DNA from: Planctomycetota bacterium
GTDB lineage: Bacteria > Planctomycetota > PLA2 > JAEUHO01
Assembly (NCBI GenBank): GCA_965222115.1
Contig: CBDCTJ010000007.1
Coordinates: 2,912,001-2,976,000 of the forward strand
Direction: 5' to 3'
Length of the DNA stretch: 64,000 bases
Shown here piece by piece: positions 28,777 to 38,826 of this stretch. A program made the translations under genes and the position numbers. Numbering within the stretch: the first letter of the stretch is position 1; every line of letters begins with the position of its first letter. The notes beneath the pieces were generated by a model. It had not been told where the DNA came from. It ran no database searches and was given only the letters and a program-made list of their open reading frames with translations.

Positions 28777-29898
28777 CTACACTCCCATAATACTGTCTAC
28801 GTCCATACCGAGGCGCAGATTGGCCTCTTCCAGCTTCTTTACAATCTCCTTGAGCGACGTGCGCCCAAAGTTGGGTAGATCAATCAACTCGTCGTGCGAG
28901 CGACGAACCAACTGACCAATGGTCTGAATGCCCTCGGCTTCCAAGCAGTTGCTTGCACGCACCGAGAGATCCAACTGTGAGATGCTGGCTTCCATCTTGG
29001 CACGCAGTTCGGCGCCATCAGCACCCGCGCCGCCCCCAAGCGTAGGACTCGGCATCGTGCTTCCCATGGACGAACTCGACGCGGGACTTGAGGTCCTAAG
29101 CGATGAACCGGGCATCTCAGCCGGCGTGGAGCCGGGCATGGCGAACGTTACGCTCGTGGGCTCGGGCGCCACATCCATCAGTAGTTCCTTGCCCACGTCG
29201 AAGAATTGAATGAAGGGGTTCAAGTGCTTGCGATAAATCTTGCTTGCTTCGACCAGTGCCTTCTCGGGTGTCACGGTGCCGTCTGTCCACAGCTCAAGAA
29301 TCAGGCGGTCGTAGTTGGTGAGCTTGCCCACGCGCGTGTTCTCGGTGCGGTAGCGAACACGCTGGACGGGCGAGAAGATCGAATCGAGCGGCATGACGCC
29401 AATCTCTTGCTCTTCGCGCGCGTTCTCATCGGCGGTTACATAGCCGCGGCCACGACGAACTTCAATTTCGGCATCGAAGGTGCGATCGGTCGTGATGTTA
29501 CAGATCAAGAGATCTTTATTGATGACATCACAGTCGGACGAGGTCTGAATGTCGGCCCCCGTAACCGGCCCGGGCCCTTGTTTCTCAATGCGCAAGACCT
29601 TGGGATCGTCGGTATGAAAACGCACACGCAACCGCTTGAATGCCAAGTTGATGTCGGTCACATCTTCTTTGATGCCTTCGAGGGATGAAAACTCATGCTT
29701 GATGCCTTGAATCTTCACCGAAGTGACGGCTGCGCCCTCGATCGAGCTCAAAAGAACTCGACGCAGGCCGTTGCCCACCGTCACGCCGTAGCCGCGCTCA
29801 AAAGGCTCGGCCGTAAAGCGGGCATAGCGGTCCGTGCGCGTGGCCGAATCGGCGACAACACGGGTGGGAAGTTCAAGGTTACGCCAGCGAATTCGCAT
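28777..29898 (-). CDS. rpoA: RNA polymerase alpha subunit
   Basis: EPFERGYGVTVGNGLRRVLLSS, LDLSVRASNCL, NFGRTSL. Confidence 0.98.
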   Translation of the reverse strand: MRIRWRNLELPTRVVADSATRTDRYARFTAEPFERGYGVTVGNGLRRVLLSSIEGAAVTSVKIQGIKHEFSSLEGIKEDVTDINLAFKRLRVRFHTDDPKVLRIEKQGPGPVTGADIQTSSDCDVINKDLLICNITTDRTFDAEIEVRRGRGYVTADENAREEQEIGVMPLDSIFSPVQRVRYRTENTRVGKLTNYDRLILELWTDGTVTPEKALVEASKIYRKHLNPFIQFFDVGKELLMDVAPEPTSVTFAMPGSTPAEMPGSSLRTSSPASSSSMGSTMPSPTLGGGAGADGAELRAKMEASISQLDLSVRASNCLEAEGIQTIGQLVRRSHDELIDLPNFGRTSLKEIVKKLEEANLRLGMDVDSIMGV

Positions 29899-30053
29899 TC
29901 AAGACTCCGTGAAACGAACGCGTGGAGCGTCCGGCTAAGTGTTTGGGATTGAGTCGGATTCGTGATGAATAGGCACTGCGTCTACACCGTGCGACGCAAA
30001 ACAAATGACAAGCTGCGCGAGTCCCCGTGGACGGCGCCTAGCAGAAAAGAGAC

Positions 30054-30428
30054 TTAGACGCGACGACGCTTGCGCGGGCGGCAACCGTTGTGGGGCAGGG
30101 GTGTGACGTCTTCGATAGCGCGCACTTTGAGTCCACGCGCTTGCAAACTGCGAATGGCCGACTCGCGTCCGGCGCCGGGCCCCTTAACGCGCACTTCCAC
30201 CTCGCGCACACCCATTTTCAGGGCCTTTTCTGAAGCGCGTTCGGCCGCCTTCTGCGCGGCGAAGGGTGTGGACTTACGCGAGCCCTTGAAACCGATGGTG
30301 CCAGCGGAGTCCCAGCAAAGTGTTTCGCCATTCGGGGCGGCGAACGTAACGATCGTATTGTTGAACGATGCGTGGACGTGCACAATGGCCTTGGGGACAT
30401 TGCGACGTACCTTCTTCTTACCCGCCAT
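30054..30428 (-). CDS. rpsK: 30S ribosomal protein S11
   Basis: [35 protein letters not shown]. Confidence 0.98.
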   Translation of the reverse strand: MAGKKKVRRNVPKAIVHVHASFNNTIVTFAAPNGETLCWDSAGTIGFKGSRKSTPFAAQKAAERASEKALKMGVREVEVRVKGPGAGRESAIRSLQARGLKVRAIEDVTPLPHNGCRPRKRRRV

Positions 30429-30909
30429 ACTTTACTCTCCTGAGGAGAACGCACACGACCGCATCGCGTGGCATCCTTCAGCAGAACTGATCGACAGTTC
30501 CGCTCAACTGGGCCTGGAGCACCGCATGCGGCTACTCACACACCCTCTATTTCACTGACTCTGATCCTTGTTTCGAACGTGTCGTTCCGCCGATTGCCTG
30601 GTTGCTGACAACTTGTCTCGTTGCTGACAACGCTTCGATTGATTTCAAAAACGCGCCAACTCGTGAAGGTGATTGCCTCGACGAATTGCCTCGACAAGAC
30701 ACAAGGCGATGTCTTTCCAAACGACGACGCCTCTTCGAAAAGCGGCACCTTGGGCAAAGACATCGAGGGGACCCGACGCGAAGAAAGCCGACGCAGCGAG
30801 CGAGGAGAAGGGTACCCCCCACCACGTCCCCTGCAACTTTCTGGCCGACCGCGACGATAACCCTCGATCGCCCAAATAATGGAGGCCAGAGCCGAAGTAG
30901 TGGGCTCGT

Positions 30910-31293
30910 CTAGCGGAGCGCCTTGACCGACTTCTTACCGGCAACCGTCTTCTTGCGACCCTTGCGGGTGCGGGCGTTCGTCTGGGTGCGCTGGCCTCGC
31001 GCGGGCAGTCCGCGCCGATGGCGCATCCCGCGGTAGCAGGCGACGTCCTTGAGGCGCGCAATGTTCTGCTGAACTTGGCGGCGTAAGTTGCCTTCCACGA
31101 TCAGATTCTGCTCGAGGTAGCCGGCAATGCGGGCAACTTCTTCGTCGGTCAGGTCTTTGGCGCGGCGACGGGGATCCACGCCAATGGCAGCGCAGATCTC
31201 AAGGGCGCGATGCTGGCCAATACCGTGGACATATTGAAGCGACACATAGGTGGGCTTCCCATCGGGAATATCAACACCAACGAGACGTGGCAT
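30910..31293 (-). CDS. rpsM: 30S ribosomal protein S13
   Basis: MPRLVGVDIP, YRGMRHRRGLPARGQRTQTNARTRKG. Confidence 0.98.
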   Translation of the reverse strand: MPRLVGVDIPDGKPTYVSLQYVHGIGQHRALEICAAIGVDPRRRAKDLTDEEVARIAGYLEQNLIVEGNLRRQVQQNIARLKDVACYRGMRHRRGLPARGQRTQTNARTRKGRKKTVAGKKSVKALR

Positions 31294-31441
31294 AGGACTC
31301 TCCTGCTGGCAACCATCCCTCTGGGGAGCGAATGACTGCGCGGTACACTTTGCGACTCAATCAAGGGCGCGAGACCACGGATGGACTCGATGCGCCCGGT
31401 TGGGCCGGTTGGTTTTTGGGGGAACGCGGGAAACGGGGGGA

Positions 31442-31558
31442 CTACCCCTGAACTTGCTTATGGCGGGGATTTTTGCTGCAAATGACGCGCACCCGTCCGT
31501 GACGGCGGATGATGCGGCAACTTTCACAGATGCGATGAACGCTTGATCGTACTTTCAC
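31442..31558 (-). CDS. rpmJ: 50S ribosomal protein L36 (zinc-ribbon form)
   Basis: Not in the ORF track; hand translation [38 protein letters not shown]; GAGAGG RBS. Confidence 0.95.
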   Translation of the reverse strand: MKVRSSVHRICESCRIIRRHGRVRVICSKNPRHKQVQG

Positions 31559-31591
31559 GACGAAACCTCTCTCGGGCTAGTCCCGGTACAC

Positions 31592-31807
31592 CTAATCCCG
31601 ATACACAATGCGACCTTTGGTTAGGTCGTAGGGACTCATTTCCACGGTGACCTTGTCACCGGGCAGAATGCGAATCCAATTGGTGCGCATCTTGCCGGAA
31701 ATATGGGCCAATACGCGGTGACCATTCTCCAACTCCACAATGAACATGGCGTTGGGACGGGCCTCCACGACCTTGGCATCCAGGCGCAGATTGTCTTCAC
31801 GGGCCAC
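31592..31807 (-). CDS. infA: Translation initiation factor IF-1
   Basis: [32 protein letters not shown]. Confidence 0.98.
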   Translation of the reverse strand: MAREDNLRLDAKVVEARPNAMFIVELENGHRVLAHISGKMRTNWIRILPGDKVTVEMSPYDLTKGRIVYRD

Positions 31808-31886
31808 TAGCCGACTCTCCGCGCGCTACAAACGATTCGAAACTCTCTCAAAATGCTGTTGATCTCTCTCATGGGACGACTTGAAC

Positions 31887-32510
31887 TCAATTGGAACGGG
31901 CTTTGCCAACCGTGTCACCCGATGGTGCGGATGGAGATCCGCCATCAGACGCAAGCGCTTGGCGTATGCGCTGGGCGACGTCTTCGATGGAACCGAAGGC
32001 ATCGACGCTTCGCAATATGCCGCGTTCCTCATAGTAGTCAATCAGGGGGGTTGTCTCGGCGTGGTAGACCTTGAGCCGATTTCGAATAACGTCTTCGGTA
32101 TCGTCCTTGCGACCACGGGCGAGCAGGCGCTTCACAATCTCGTCGTCTTGAAGCCGCATATGCACGACAAGATCAACGCCCTCTCCCTCACCCAATACGC
32201 GCTGCAGCGCCTCGGCTTGGGATGCATTTCGTGGGAATCCATCGAGCAGATAGCCAGCCGGCGCGTTCTCCGACGACAGACGCTCCTGCACCAATGCGAC
32301 TACCAGCTCGTCGGGCACCAACTCACCACGATCCATGTAGTCCTTCGCTTTTTGACCCAACTCGGTCTCGGCCGCGACCGCCGCGCGCAAGAGATCGCCC
32401 GTAGACACGTGATCCCATGCGTGGGTCGTGCAAATCTGCTCCGCTTGCGTTCCCTTTCCGGCGCCGGGCGGGCCAAGTAGGACGACGCGCAGGACGACGC
32501 GCAGGGTCAC
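31887..32510 (-). CDS. adk: Adenylate kinase (short-LID type)
   Basis: GPPGAGKGTQA, STGDLLR, LLDGFPRN, RGRKDD. Confidence 0.96.
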   Translation of the reverse strand: MTLRVVLRVVLLGPPGAGKGTQAEQICTTHAWDHVSTGDLLRAAVAAETELGQKAKDYMDRGELVPDELVVALVQERLSSENAPAGYLLDGFPRNASQAEALQRVLGEGEGVDLVVHMRLQDDEIVKRLLARGRKDDTEDVIRNRLKVYHAETTPLIDYYEERGILRSVDAFGSIEDVAQRIRQALASDGGSPSAPSGDTVGKARSN

Positions 32511-33904
32511 GCCCGGCCCCCCTTCTTCTCGCCATCCCGGCCTCGGTCACGGCGGGATCGCCGCCCACCTTCGCCGTCGCGACCTCCGCCGCCACGTCCT
32601 TTGCCCTTGCCACCGGGTCCGTCGCCATAGAACCCGCCGTAGTTACGAGTGAGGAGGGCACTGTTGAGCTTCTCGACGAGATCGAGCGCAACGCTCACCA
32701 CAATCAGGATGGATGTGCCACCCAAGAAGTAGCGAATGTCGGGCGGTACCTTGGCTGAAATCCACGACGCCACTTGGTGGGGAACCGCGGCAATGATGGC
32801 AAGGAACGCCGCACCGGCGAGCGTGATACGCGTCATGATGCGCTTGAGGAAATCGGCAGTGTGTTTGCCGGGTCGAATGCCGGGAACAAAGGAGCCGCCC
32901 TCCTTCATGTTCTTGGCCATCTCGACCGGGTTGTACATCAAGCTGTTCCAGAAGAACGAGAAGAAGAAGATCAGCGCGATGTCGAAGACGGTGTACCACC
33001 ACGATCCCGGAACAATGGAGTTGGCCAGATCGGGCCACACGCCAGCCAACAGGCTCGGGAAGCTCAAGAGCGCGCTCGAGAAGATGACCGGCATAACGCC
33101 AGCCTGATTGACCTTGATCGGCAAGAAGTGGCGCTGGCCGCCGTAGACCTTGCGGCCGCGGGTGAGTTTGGCGTACTGCACCGGAATCTTGCGCGTGCCC
33201 TTGGTGATGTACACAACCACCACGACCACGATCAAGAAGAGAATCAGGAGGGCGAAGGGAATGAACGCGCCTTCTTCGCTTTGGATCAACTTCACTAAGG
33301 CGCTTGGCACCTGGGCGATAATGCCCGCCATAATCAGCAAGGAGATACCGTTGCCCACGCCGTACTCGGTGATCTGTTCACCGATCCACATGAGCATGAT
33401 GGTGCCCGCAACGAGCGCGAGCACGGCGATCAACGACAACCCGAAGCCCGGATCCAGCAACGAGCCGCTCATGCCATTCCCAATATCGACCGGTGAACGG
33501 TAGATATTGGCCACCAGAATAATTGCCTGCAGCAACGCGAGCGGGACAGTACCCCATCGTGTCCACTGATTGATCTTGCGTTGTCCGGCCGCACCTTCCT
33601 TAGCGATCGCTTCGAGCGTGGGCACCACTTTTGTCAGCAAGCTAAAGATAATGCTTGAGCTGATGTAGGGCATGACGCCGAGGCTAAACAGCGCACACGA
33701 GTAGAGTCCACCACCCGAGATGATGCTAAACAGCTGGCCAAATACGCCGCCCTGGCCCTGCGACATCTTGTCGACGACATCGAGGTTCACGCCGGGAATG
33801 GGAATGTTCCAGCCCACGCGGTAGAGCAGCAAGAATCCAACGGTCACCATGATCCGGTTGCGGATCTCGGGGATGCGGAATAGCTGGAGAAACTTCTCGA
33901 TCAC
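32507..33904 (-). CDS. secY: Preprotein translocase subunit SecY
   Basis: LGVMPYISSSII, GVGNGISLLI, VPGIRPGKHT, GGTSILIVV. Confidence 0.98.
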   Translation of the reverse strand: MIEKFLQLFRIPEIRNRIMVTVGFLLLYRVGWNIPIPGVNLDVVDKMSQGQGGVFGQLFSIISGGGLYSCALFSLGVMPYISSSIIFSLLTKVVPTLEAIAKEGAAGQRKINQWTRWGTVPLALLQAIILVANIYRSPVDIGNGMSGSLLDPGFGLSLIAVLALVAGTIMLMWIGEQITEYGVGNGISLLIMAGIIAQVPSALVKLIQSEEGAFIPFALLILFLIVVVVVVYITKGTRKIPVQYAKLTRGRKVYGGQRHFLPIKVNQAGVMPVIFSSALLSFPSLLAGVWPDLANSIVPGSWWYTVFDIALIFFFSFFWNSLMYNPVEMAKNMKEGGSFVPGIRPGKHTADFLKRIMTRITLAGAAFLAIIAAVPHQVASWISAKVPPDIRYFLGGTSILIVVSVALDLVEKLNSALLTRNYGGFYGDGPGGKGKGRGGGGRDGEGGRRSRRDRGRDGEKKGGRA

Positions 33905-34455
33905 TACGCATCCTCACCGGAGGTGCTCTTGGCGGACGCGCCTCCCGCGGTTTTCTGTTTCCTGACAACTGTCTTTTTCACAAACTTGGGACGGTACTCG
34001 GTACGCGCGGGCAAGATCTCGATGGATCCGCCGCCGGCTTCGATCTTCTTGCGTGCACCGGCACTCACGCCGTGGGCGCGAATGGTCAATGACTTGGAGA
34101 GTTCGCCGTAGCCAAGAACCTTGAGAAACTCGGCGCGCTTCGGCGCAAGGCCTGCTTCTTTGAGGGCGTTGAGAGTGACTTCCGCGCCCGCGTCGAAGGT
34201 GCGATCGAGGGCACCAACATTGACTTCGTGCATCGTGACCTTGAAGCGCTTGTTGGTGAAGCCCTTCTTCGGCAAGCGACGGTAGAGCGGCATCTGACCA
34301 CCCTCAAATCTCAGGCGAAAACGTGTACCGGAACGCTGCCCGGCACCCTTGTGTCCGCGGCCCGACTGACGACCCCAACCGGACCCCGTACCGCGCCCTA
34401 CGCGATGGCGATTTTGGCGGGGGATCTTGATATTTCGTACGTCTTTGAGATCCAT
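33904..34455 (-). CDS. rplO: 50S ribosomal protein L15
   Basis: RVGRGTGSG, FEGGQMPLYRRLPKKGF. Confidence 0.97.
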   Translation of the reverse strand: MDLKDVRNIKIPRQNRHRVGRGTGSGWGRQSGRGHKGAGQRSGTRFRLRFEGGQMPLYRRLPKKGFTNKRFKVTMHEVNVGALDRTFDAGAEVTLNALKEAGLAPKRAEFLKVLGYGELSKSLTIRAHGVSAGARKKIEAGGGSIEILPARTEYRPKFVKKTVVRKQKTAGGASAKSTSGEDA

Positions 34456-34952
34456 TAGATCTTCACTCCCCGTCGTTCCATGACCTCGCGGCGGGTCTTC
34501 ATGGTGCGGAGACCATGAAACGTTGCTTTGGCGAGATTCATTTGGTTCTTGCTGCCAAGCGCCTTGGTTAGAACGTCTTTCACGCCCGCGGCCTCAAGCA
34601 CAGCGCGCACAGCGGCGCCCGCAATAATGCCCGTGCCGGGCGCGGCGGGAATCAACTTCACGCGGCTGGATCGGTAGGAGGCCGTCATGGCGTGTGGAAT
34701 GGTGGTGCCCTTCAAGGGGACACGCACCAAATGCTTGCGTGCATCGGTGACGCCCTTTTCGACGGACGGTGGCACTTCGCGCGCCTTGCCAAAGCCGAGG
34801 CCAACGACGCCATCGCCATTGCCCACGACAACGAGGGCGCTAAAGCCAAAGCGACGGCCACCCTTTACGACCTTCGCCGAGCGGTTGATCTTGATGACCT
34901 GGTCATTGAGCTCAAGGCCTTCAGGATCGATGTAGTCAATGTCGCGGCGCAT
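34455..34952 (-). CDS. rpsE: 30S ribosomal protein S5
   Basis: [29 protein letters not shown]. Confidence 0.97.
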   Translation of the reverse strand: MRRDIDYIDPEGLELNDQVIKINRSAKVVKGGRRFGFSALVVVGNGDGVVGLGFGKAREVPPSVEKGVTDARKHLVRVPLKGTTIPHAMTASYRSSRVKLIPAAPGTGIIAGAAVRAVLEAAGVKDVLTKALGSKNQMNLAKATFHGLRTMKTRREVMERRGVKI

Positions 34953-35065
34953 GGCGCCTCCTTCTGTGTAGTCGATTGCGTGGCGCTGCCCACGGCAAAC
35001 GATGTCGAAACTGTTGTGTTGTTCTTCCTAAACAGGTGCTGAATGGGTGTTGATCGACTGCCCGA

Positions 35066-35422
35066 CTAGAACTTGACGCCGCCTTCGCGAACGGCGTCGG
35101 CGAACGCCTTGACGCGTCCGTGGTAACGGAACGCGCCGCGGTCAAAGCCAACGCGTTCAATTTTGTTGTCCTTCAACAGGCCCGCCATGGCTTCGCCAAC
35201 TTCTTTCGCGGCTGCGGTGGTGCTGCCGCGACCGAGCTTGAGACGCTGGGATGACGTGGCACACAACGTGCGACCCGCAAGATCGTCGATGGCCTGTGCA
35301 TAGAAATGCTTGGTGGTGCGATGGATGGAAAGACGCGGCCGCTCGGCCGTGCCCTGCACTTTCTTGCGTACGCGGTAGGCGCGATTCTTCTTTCGCCGCG
35401 CCATTCTCTTGAGGCGATCCAT
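35066..35422 (-). CDS. rplR: 50S ribosomal protein L18
   Basis: GTAERPRLS, FDRGAFRYHGRVKA. Confidence 0.97.
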   Translation of the reverse strand: MDRLKRMARRKKNRAYRVRKKVQGTAERPRLSIHRTTKHFYAQAIDDLAGRTLCATSSQRLKLGRGSTTAAAKEVGEAMAGLLKDNKIERVGFDRGAFRYHGRVKAFADAVREGGVKF

Positions 35423-35424
35423 GA

Positions 35425-35973
35425 TTACTTCTCCCCACCCACGAAGGACTTACCCGGCTTCAGGGTGATCTGTTCGCCGAGATAACGAACACCCTTGCCC
35501 TTGTAGGGCTCGGGGGGACGCACACGACGAACGCGGGCGGCAAACTCGCCCACCAACTGCTTATCCGTACCTTCCACAAGAATCTGTGTGGCGGACGGCG
35601 TTTCGACTTTGAGGCCCGAGGGAATCGCGACGTGAACGGGGTGACTAAAGCCAACCTGCAAACGCAGCTTGTTGCCCTCCACCGCAGCCTGGTAGCTCAC
35701 CCCTACAACCTCAAGACGCTTGCGAAAGCCCTTGGACACCCCCTCGGCCATGTTTGAACACAGGGCGCGATACAGTCCGTGGAGGGCCTTGGTCTGTGGC
35801 TCATCGTTGGGACGAGACAGCTTGAGGTGACCGTCTTCGACTTCCGCCGTAACGCCACCCGTGAGCTTGCGCGTGAGTTCGCCCAGCGCACCTTTCACCT
35901 TGACGGTATCGCCATTCACTTCCACCGTGACGCCATCCGGGATGCCGATGGGTATGTTTCCTACGCGGGACAT
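35425..35973 (-). CDS. rplF: 50S ribosomal protein L6
   Basis: MSRVGNIPI, RPPEPYKGKGVRY. Confidence 0.97.
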   Translation of the reverse strand: MSRVGNIPIGIPDGVTVEVNGDTVKVKGALGELTRKLTGGVTAEVEDGHLKLSRPNDEPQTKALHGLYRALCSNMAEGVSKGFRKRLEVVGVSYQAAVEGNKLRLQVGFSHPVHVAIPSGLKVETPSATQILVEGTDKQLVGEFAARVRRVRPPEPYKGKGVRYLGEQITLKPGKSFVGGEK

Positions 35974-36042
35974 CTTCTACTCCTGGATTCGAAAACACCG
36001 GATTCGAAAGCAATTGCCGATCCGAACAAGTAGCGCGATGCG

Positions 36043-36444
36043 CTACCACACCTCACAGAGCACTTCGCCACCAATGCCCACTTCGCGGGCCTCGCGATCG
36101 GAGAGCACACCCTTGGACGTACTAAGCACGGAGATGCCCAATCCATCGAGCACACGCGGCAACTCGCGAACACCGCGATAGATGCGGCGTCCAGGACGCG
36201 ATACACGACCTATACGGGAAATGACCGCTGCACCGTCGTCGTCATACTTGAGCTTCACGCGCAACAACGGATGCCCGGTGGAACTCGTGATGGCCGTAAC
36301 GCCCAGGATAAAGCCCTCGCGCTCCAACACGTCGGCCACGCGGCGATTGAGACGCGAGGCGATGACATCCACTTCATCGCGACGGACTTGCAGGCCGTTG
36401 CGAATGCGGGTGAGCATGTCCGAAACCGTATCGTTCATTGACAT
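36043..36444 (-). CDS. rpsH: 30S ribosomal protein S8
   Basis: DMLTRIRNG, VSRPGRRIY, STSKGV..GGEVLCEVW. Confidence 0.97.
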   Translation of the reverse strand: MSMNDTVSDMLTRIRNGLQVRRDEVDVIASRLNRRVADVLEREGFILGVTAITSSTGHPLLRVKLKYDDDGAAVISRIGRVSRPGRRIYRGVRELPRVLDGLGISVLSTSKGVLSDREAREVGIGGEVLCEVW

Positions 36445-36447
36445 GGG

Positions 36448-37038
36448 TTACACATCCTCCTCAAGCGGCTTGAACGGGAAGCGGTAGGCTTCTAGCAGCG
36501 CCAAGCTGTGGGCGTCATTGCCCCCAGAAATCACGATGGCCACATTGAGCCCCTGCGGCGTCTCCAGGAGATCGCCACTGATTTCGGGAAACACCGACTG
36601 ATCGCCAATGCCCACGTTGTAGTTGCCACGTCCGTCGAACTTGCGCTTCAGACCGCGAAAGTCTCGAATACGTGGAACAACCACATTGATGAATCGATCC
36701 AAGAACTCATACATGCGGTTGCCCCGCAATGTGACGCAGCACCCCACCTGCATACCTTCGCGCAGACGGAACTGTGCGATGGAACGCTTGGCTCGCGTGA
36801 TAACGGGCTTCTGACCCGTGACGCGCTCCAAAATCTTAGTGGCGTTTTCCATGAACTTCTTGTTGTCCTTCGCGTCCCCCACACCGCACGACACCGTGAT
36901 TTTGCGAATCTCGGGTGCGGCATAGATGTTGGCAATCCCGAGCGACTTCATGAGCTCGGGGCGAATGGACTCTTGGTACTGCGTGCGTAGGCGTGCGTGG
37001 GGCACGGGCGCAGCACTCGCTTTGGCAGCGGCCATCAC
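36448..37038 (-). CDS. rplE: 50S ribosomal protein L5
   Basis: GQKPVITRAKRSIAQFRLREG, PRIRDFRGL. Confidence 0.97.
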   Translation of the reverse strand: MMAAAKASAAPVPHARLRTQYQESIRPELMKSLGIANIYAAPEIRKITVSCGVGDAKDNKKFMENATKILERVTGQKPVITRAKRSIAQFRLREGMQVGCCVTLRGNRMYEFLDRFINVVVPRIRDFRGLKRKFDGRGNYNVGIGDQSVFPEISGDLLETPQGLNVAIVISGGNDAHSLALLEAYRFPFKPLEEDV

Positions 37039-37374
37039 CTACTCCTTTTTCGTCGTGGAGGTGCCCAGCGCGGCGCCGGATCGACGACCCACGCGTTCCA
37101 AACGACCGTCGTTCTCCTTGAACGACACCCGTGTGGGCTGACCACTCTCACCATCAATGGGCATTACATTGCTGAGATGAATCGGCACCTCGATGCGAAT
37201 GCGACCGCCATTGGGATATTGCTGACTTTTGCGCAGATGCTTGAAGCGCATATTGACGCCTTCCACCACCACGCGATTCTTGTCTTTGAGGATGCGAAGC
37301 ACTTTGCCGCGACGCCCCCGGTCATTGCCCGAGACCACCGCAACGATATCGCCCGTTCGAATGCGCGCCGGCAT
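37039..37374 (-). CDS. rplX: 50S ribosomal protein L24
   Basis: KOW motif GDIVAVVSGNDRGRRG, PIHLSNV. Confidence 0.96.
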   Translation of the reverse strand: MPARIRTGDIVAVVSGNDRGRRGKVLRILKDKNRVVVEGVNMRFKHLRKSQQYPNGGRIRIEVPIHLSNVMPIDGESGQPTRVSFKENDGRLERVGRRSGAALGTSTTKKE

Positions 37375-37742
37375 TACACGACCTCCGATGCGAGGTTCAC
37401 GATCTTCGTGAACCCCTTCCCGCGCAGTTCTCGTGCCACGGCGCCAAAGACGCGGGTGCCTTTGGGGCTCTTGTCCTCATTGATGAGCACAATGGCGTTG
37501 GAGTCGAAGCGAACATAGGTGCCGTCGGGACGACGGTGGGCATTGCGGGTGCGAACCACCACGCCGCGCACCACCGAGCCGGGCTTGACCGGTGAACTCG
37601 GTATTGCCTTGCGAACCGAGGCCACCACCACGTCGCCGATTTCGGCGGTGGTCTTGTTGCCGCGCCCCACCACTTTGATGGCATGGCAGCGCTTGGCACC
37701 GGAGTTGTCGGCTACGTCGAGCCACGTGCGCAACTGAATCAT
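37374..37742 (-). CDS. rplN: 50S ribosomal protein L14
   Basis: [22 protein letters not shown]. Confidence 0.98.
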   Translation of the reverse strand: MIQLRTWLDVADNSGAKRCHAIKVVGRGNKTTAEIGDVVVASVRKAIPSSPVKPGSVVRGVVVRTRNAHRRPDGTYVRFDSNAIVLINEDKSPKGTRVFGAVARELRGKGFTKIVNLASEVV

Positions 37743-38158
37743 GACACCGCCTCTTCACTGGAGGACGCGTCGTTGACGCCCTCAGTGACTTCGACCGGCG
37801 TGCTTTCAGCAGCAACGCCGTCGGCGCCCGCAACTTCGGAAGCACCCGTGACGACTGCACCACTCAAGCGCGCACGACGAATAACTTTGATGAGCGACCA
37901 GCACTTGGTCTTGCTCTGCGGACGGGTGAAACGAATCTCGACGAGATCGCCTTCACCGGCCTCGTTCTTTTCGTCGTGGGCCTTGTAGGTTGAGGCGCGA
38001 CGAATGTACTTGCCATAGAGCGGATGCTTCACCATGCGTTCTTGACGCACGGTAATGGTCTTATTCATCTTGTCGCTAACGACAAATCCGGTAACGAGGC
38101 GTGGTTTGGCGCGCCCATCCGCCGTATCTGATGAATTTGTGCTGGATGACTCGTTCAT
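37739..38158 (-). CDS. rpsQ: 30S ribosomal protein S17 (with N- and C-terminal extensions)
   Basis: [23 protein letters not shown]. Confidence 0.96.
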   Translation of the reverse strand: MNESSSTNSSDTADGRAKPRLVTGFVVSDKMNKTITVRQERMVKHPLYGKYIRRASTYKAHDEKNEAGEGDLVEIRFTRPQSKTKCWSLIKVIRRARLSGAVVTGASEVAGADGVAAESTPVEVTEGVNDASSSEEAVS

Positions 38159-38412
38159 TAGTCACCACCCTTCTTGCCTTTGCCCGCGGTGCGCCTTGCT
38201 TCGGCCTCCAACTCGCTGTTGAGACCGAGCGTGCGCTCCCGAAGAATGGTTTGAATGCGTGCGATATCGCGGCGGTGCTTACCGACCATGCCGCGATCCA
38301 CAACCTCTTCGCTCTTGCCGCGAAAACGTTGCTCGAAAATTTCTTTGCGCAAACGCACAACCTCGCGTTCGAGGTCGGCGGAATCGCGCCGTCGTAAGTC
38401 GCGCGGTCTCAT
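38158..38412 (-). CDS. rpmC: 50S ribosomal protein L29
   Basis: RRDIARIQTIL; position between rplP and rpsQ. Confidence 0.93.
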   Translation of the reverse strand: MRPRDLRRRDSADLEREVVRLRKEIFEQRFRGKSEEVVDRGMVGKHRRDIARIQTILRERTLGLNSELEAEARRTAGKGKKGGD

Positions 38413-38826
38413 CTAGTGACTCCTCTTGGTCACAAGGCGACAGCGAATCGGCATCTTGTGGGCAACCTTATTGAGTGCCTTCTTGGCGACTTCCTCGGGT
38501 ACGCCACCACCGATTTCAAACATCACCGTGCCGGGGCGCACGACGGCGGCCCAATAATCGGGCTCGCCCTTACCGGTACCCATTCGAGTTTCTTCCGGCG
38601 TGGAGCTAACCGACTTGTGCGGAAAGATGCGGATATAGACGCGGCCATCCGGGGCGCCACGCACTGCGGCCACACGACCGGCCTCGATCACATTGGATGG
38701 AATCCACCCGTGCTCCAAGGCCTGGAGTCCGTGGGTACCAAACTCGACCTTATTGCCACGGCTGGCGTTTCCCTTGAGGCGTCCGCGTTGCTGCTTACGC
38801 CACTTCACTCGCTTGGGCATCAACAT
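38413..38826 (-). CDS. rplP: 50S ribosomal protein L16
   Basis: MLMPKRVKWRKQQRG, ETRMGTGKG. Confidence 0.98.
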   Translation of the reverse strand: MLMPKRVKWRKQQRGRLKGNASRGNKVEFGTHGLQALEHGWIPSNVIEAGRVAAVRGAPDGRVYIRIFPHKSVSSTPEETRMGTGKGEPDYWAAVVRPGTVMFEIGGGVPEEVAKKALNKVAHKMPIRCRLVTKRSH

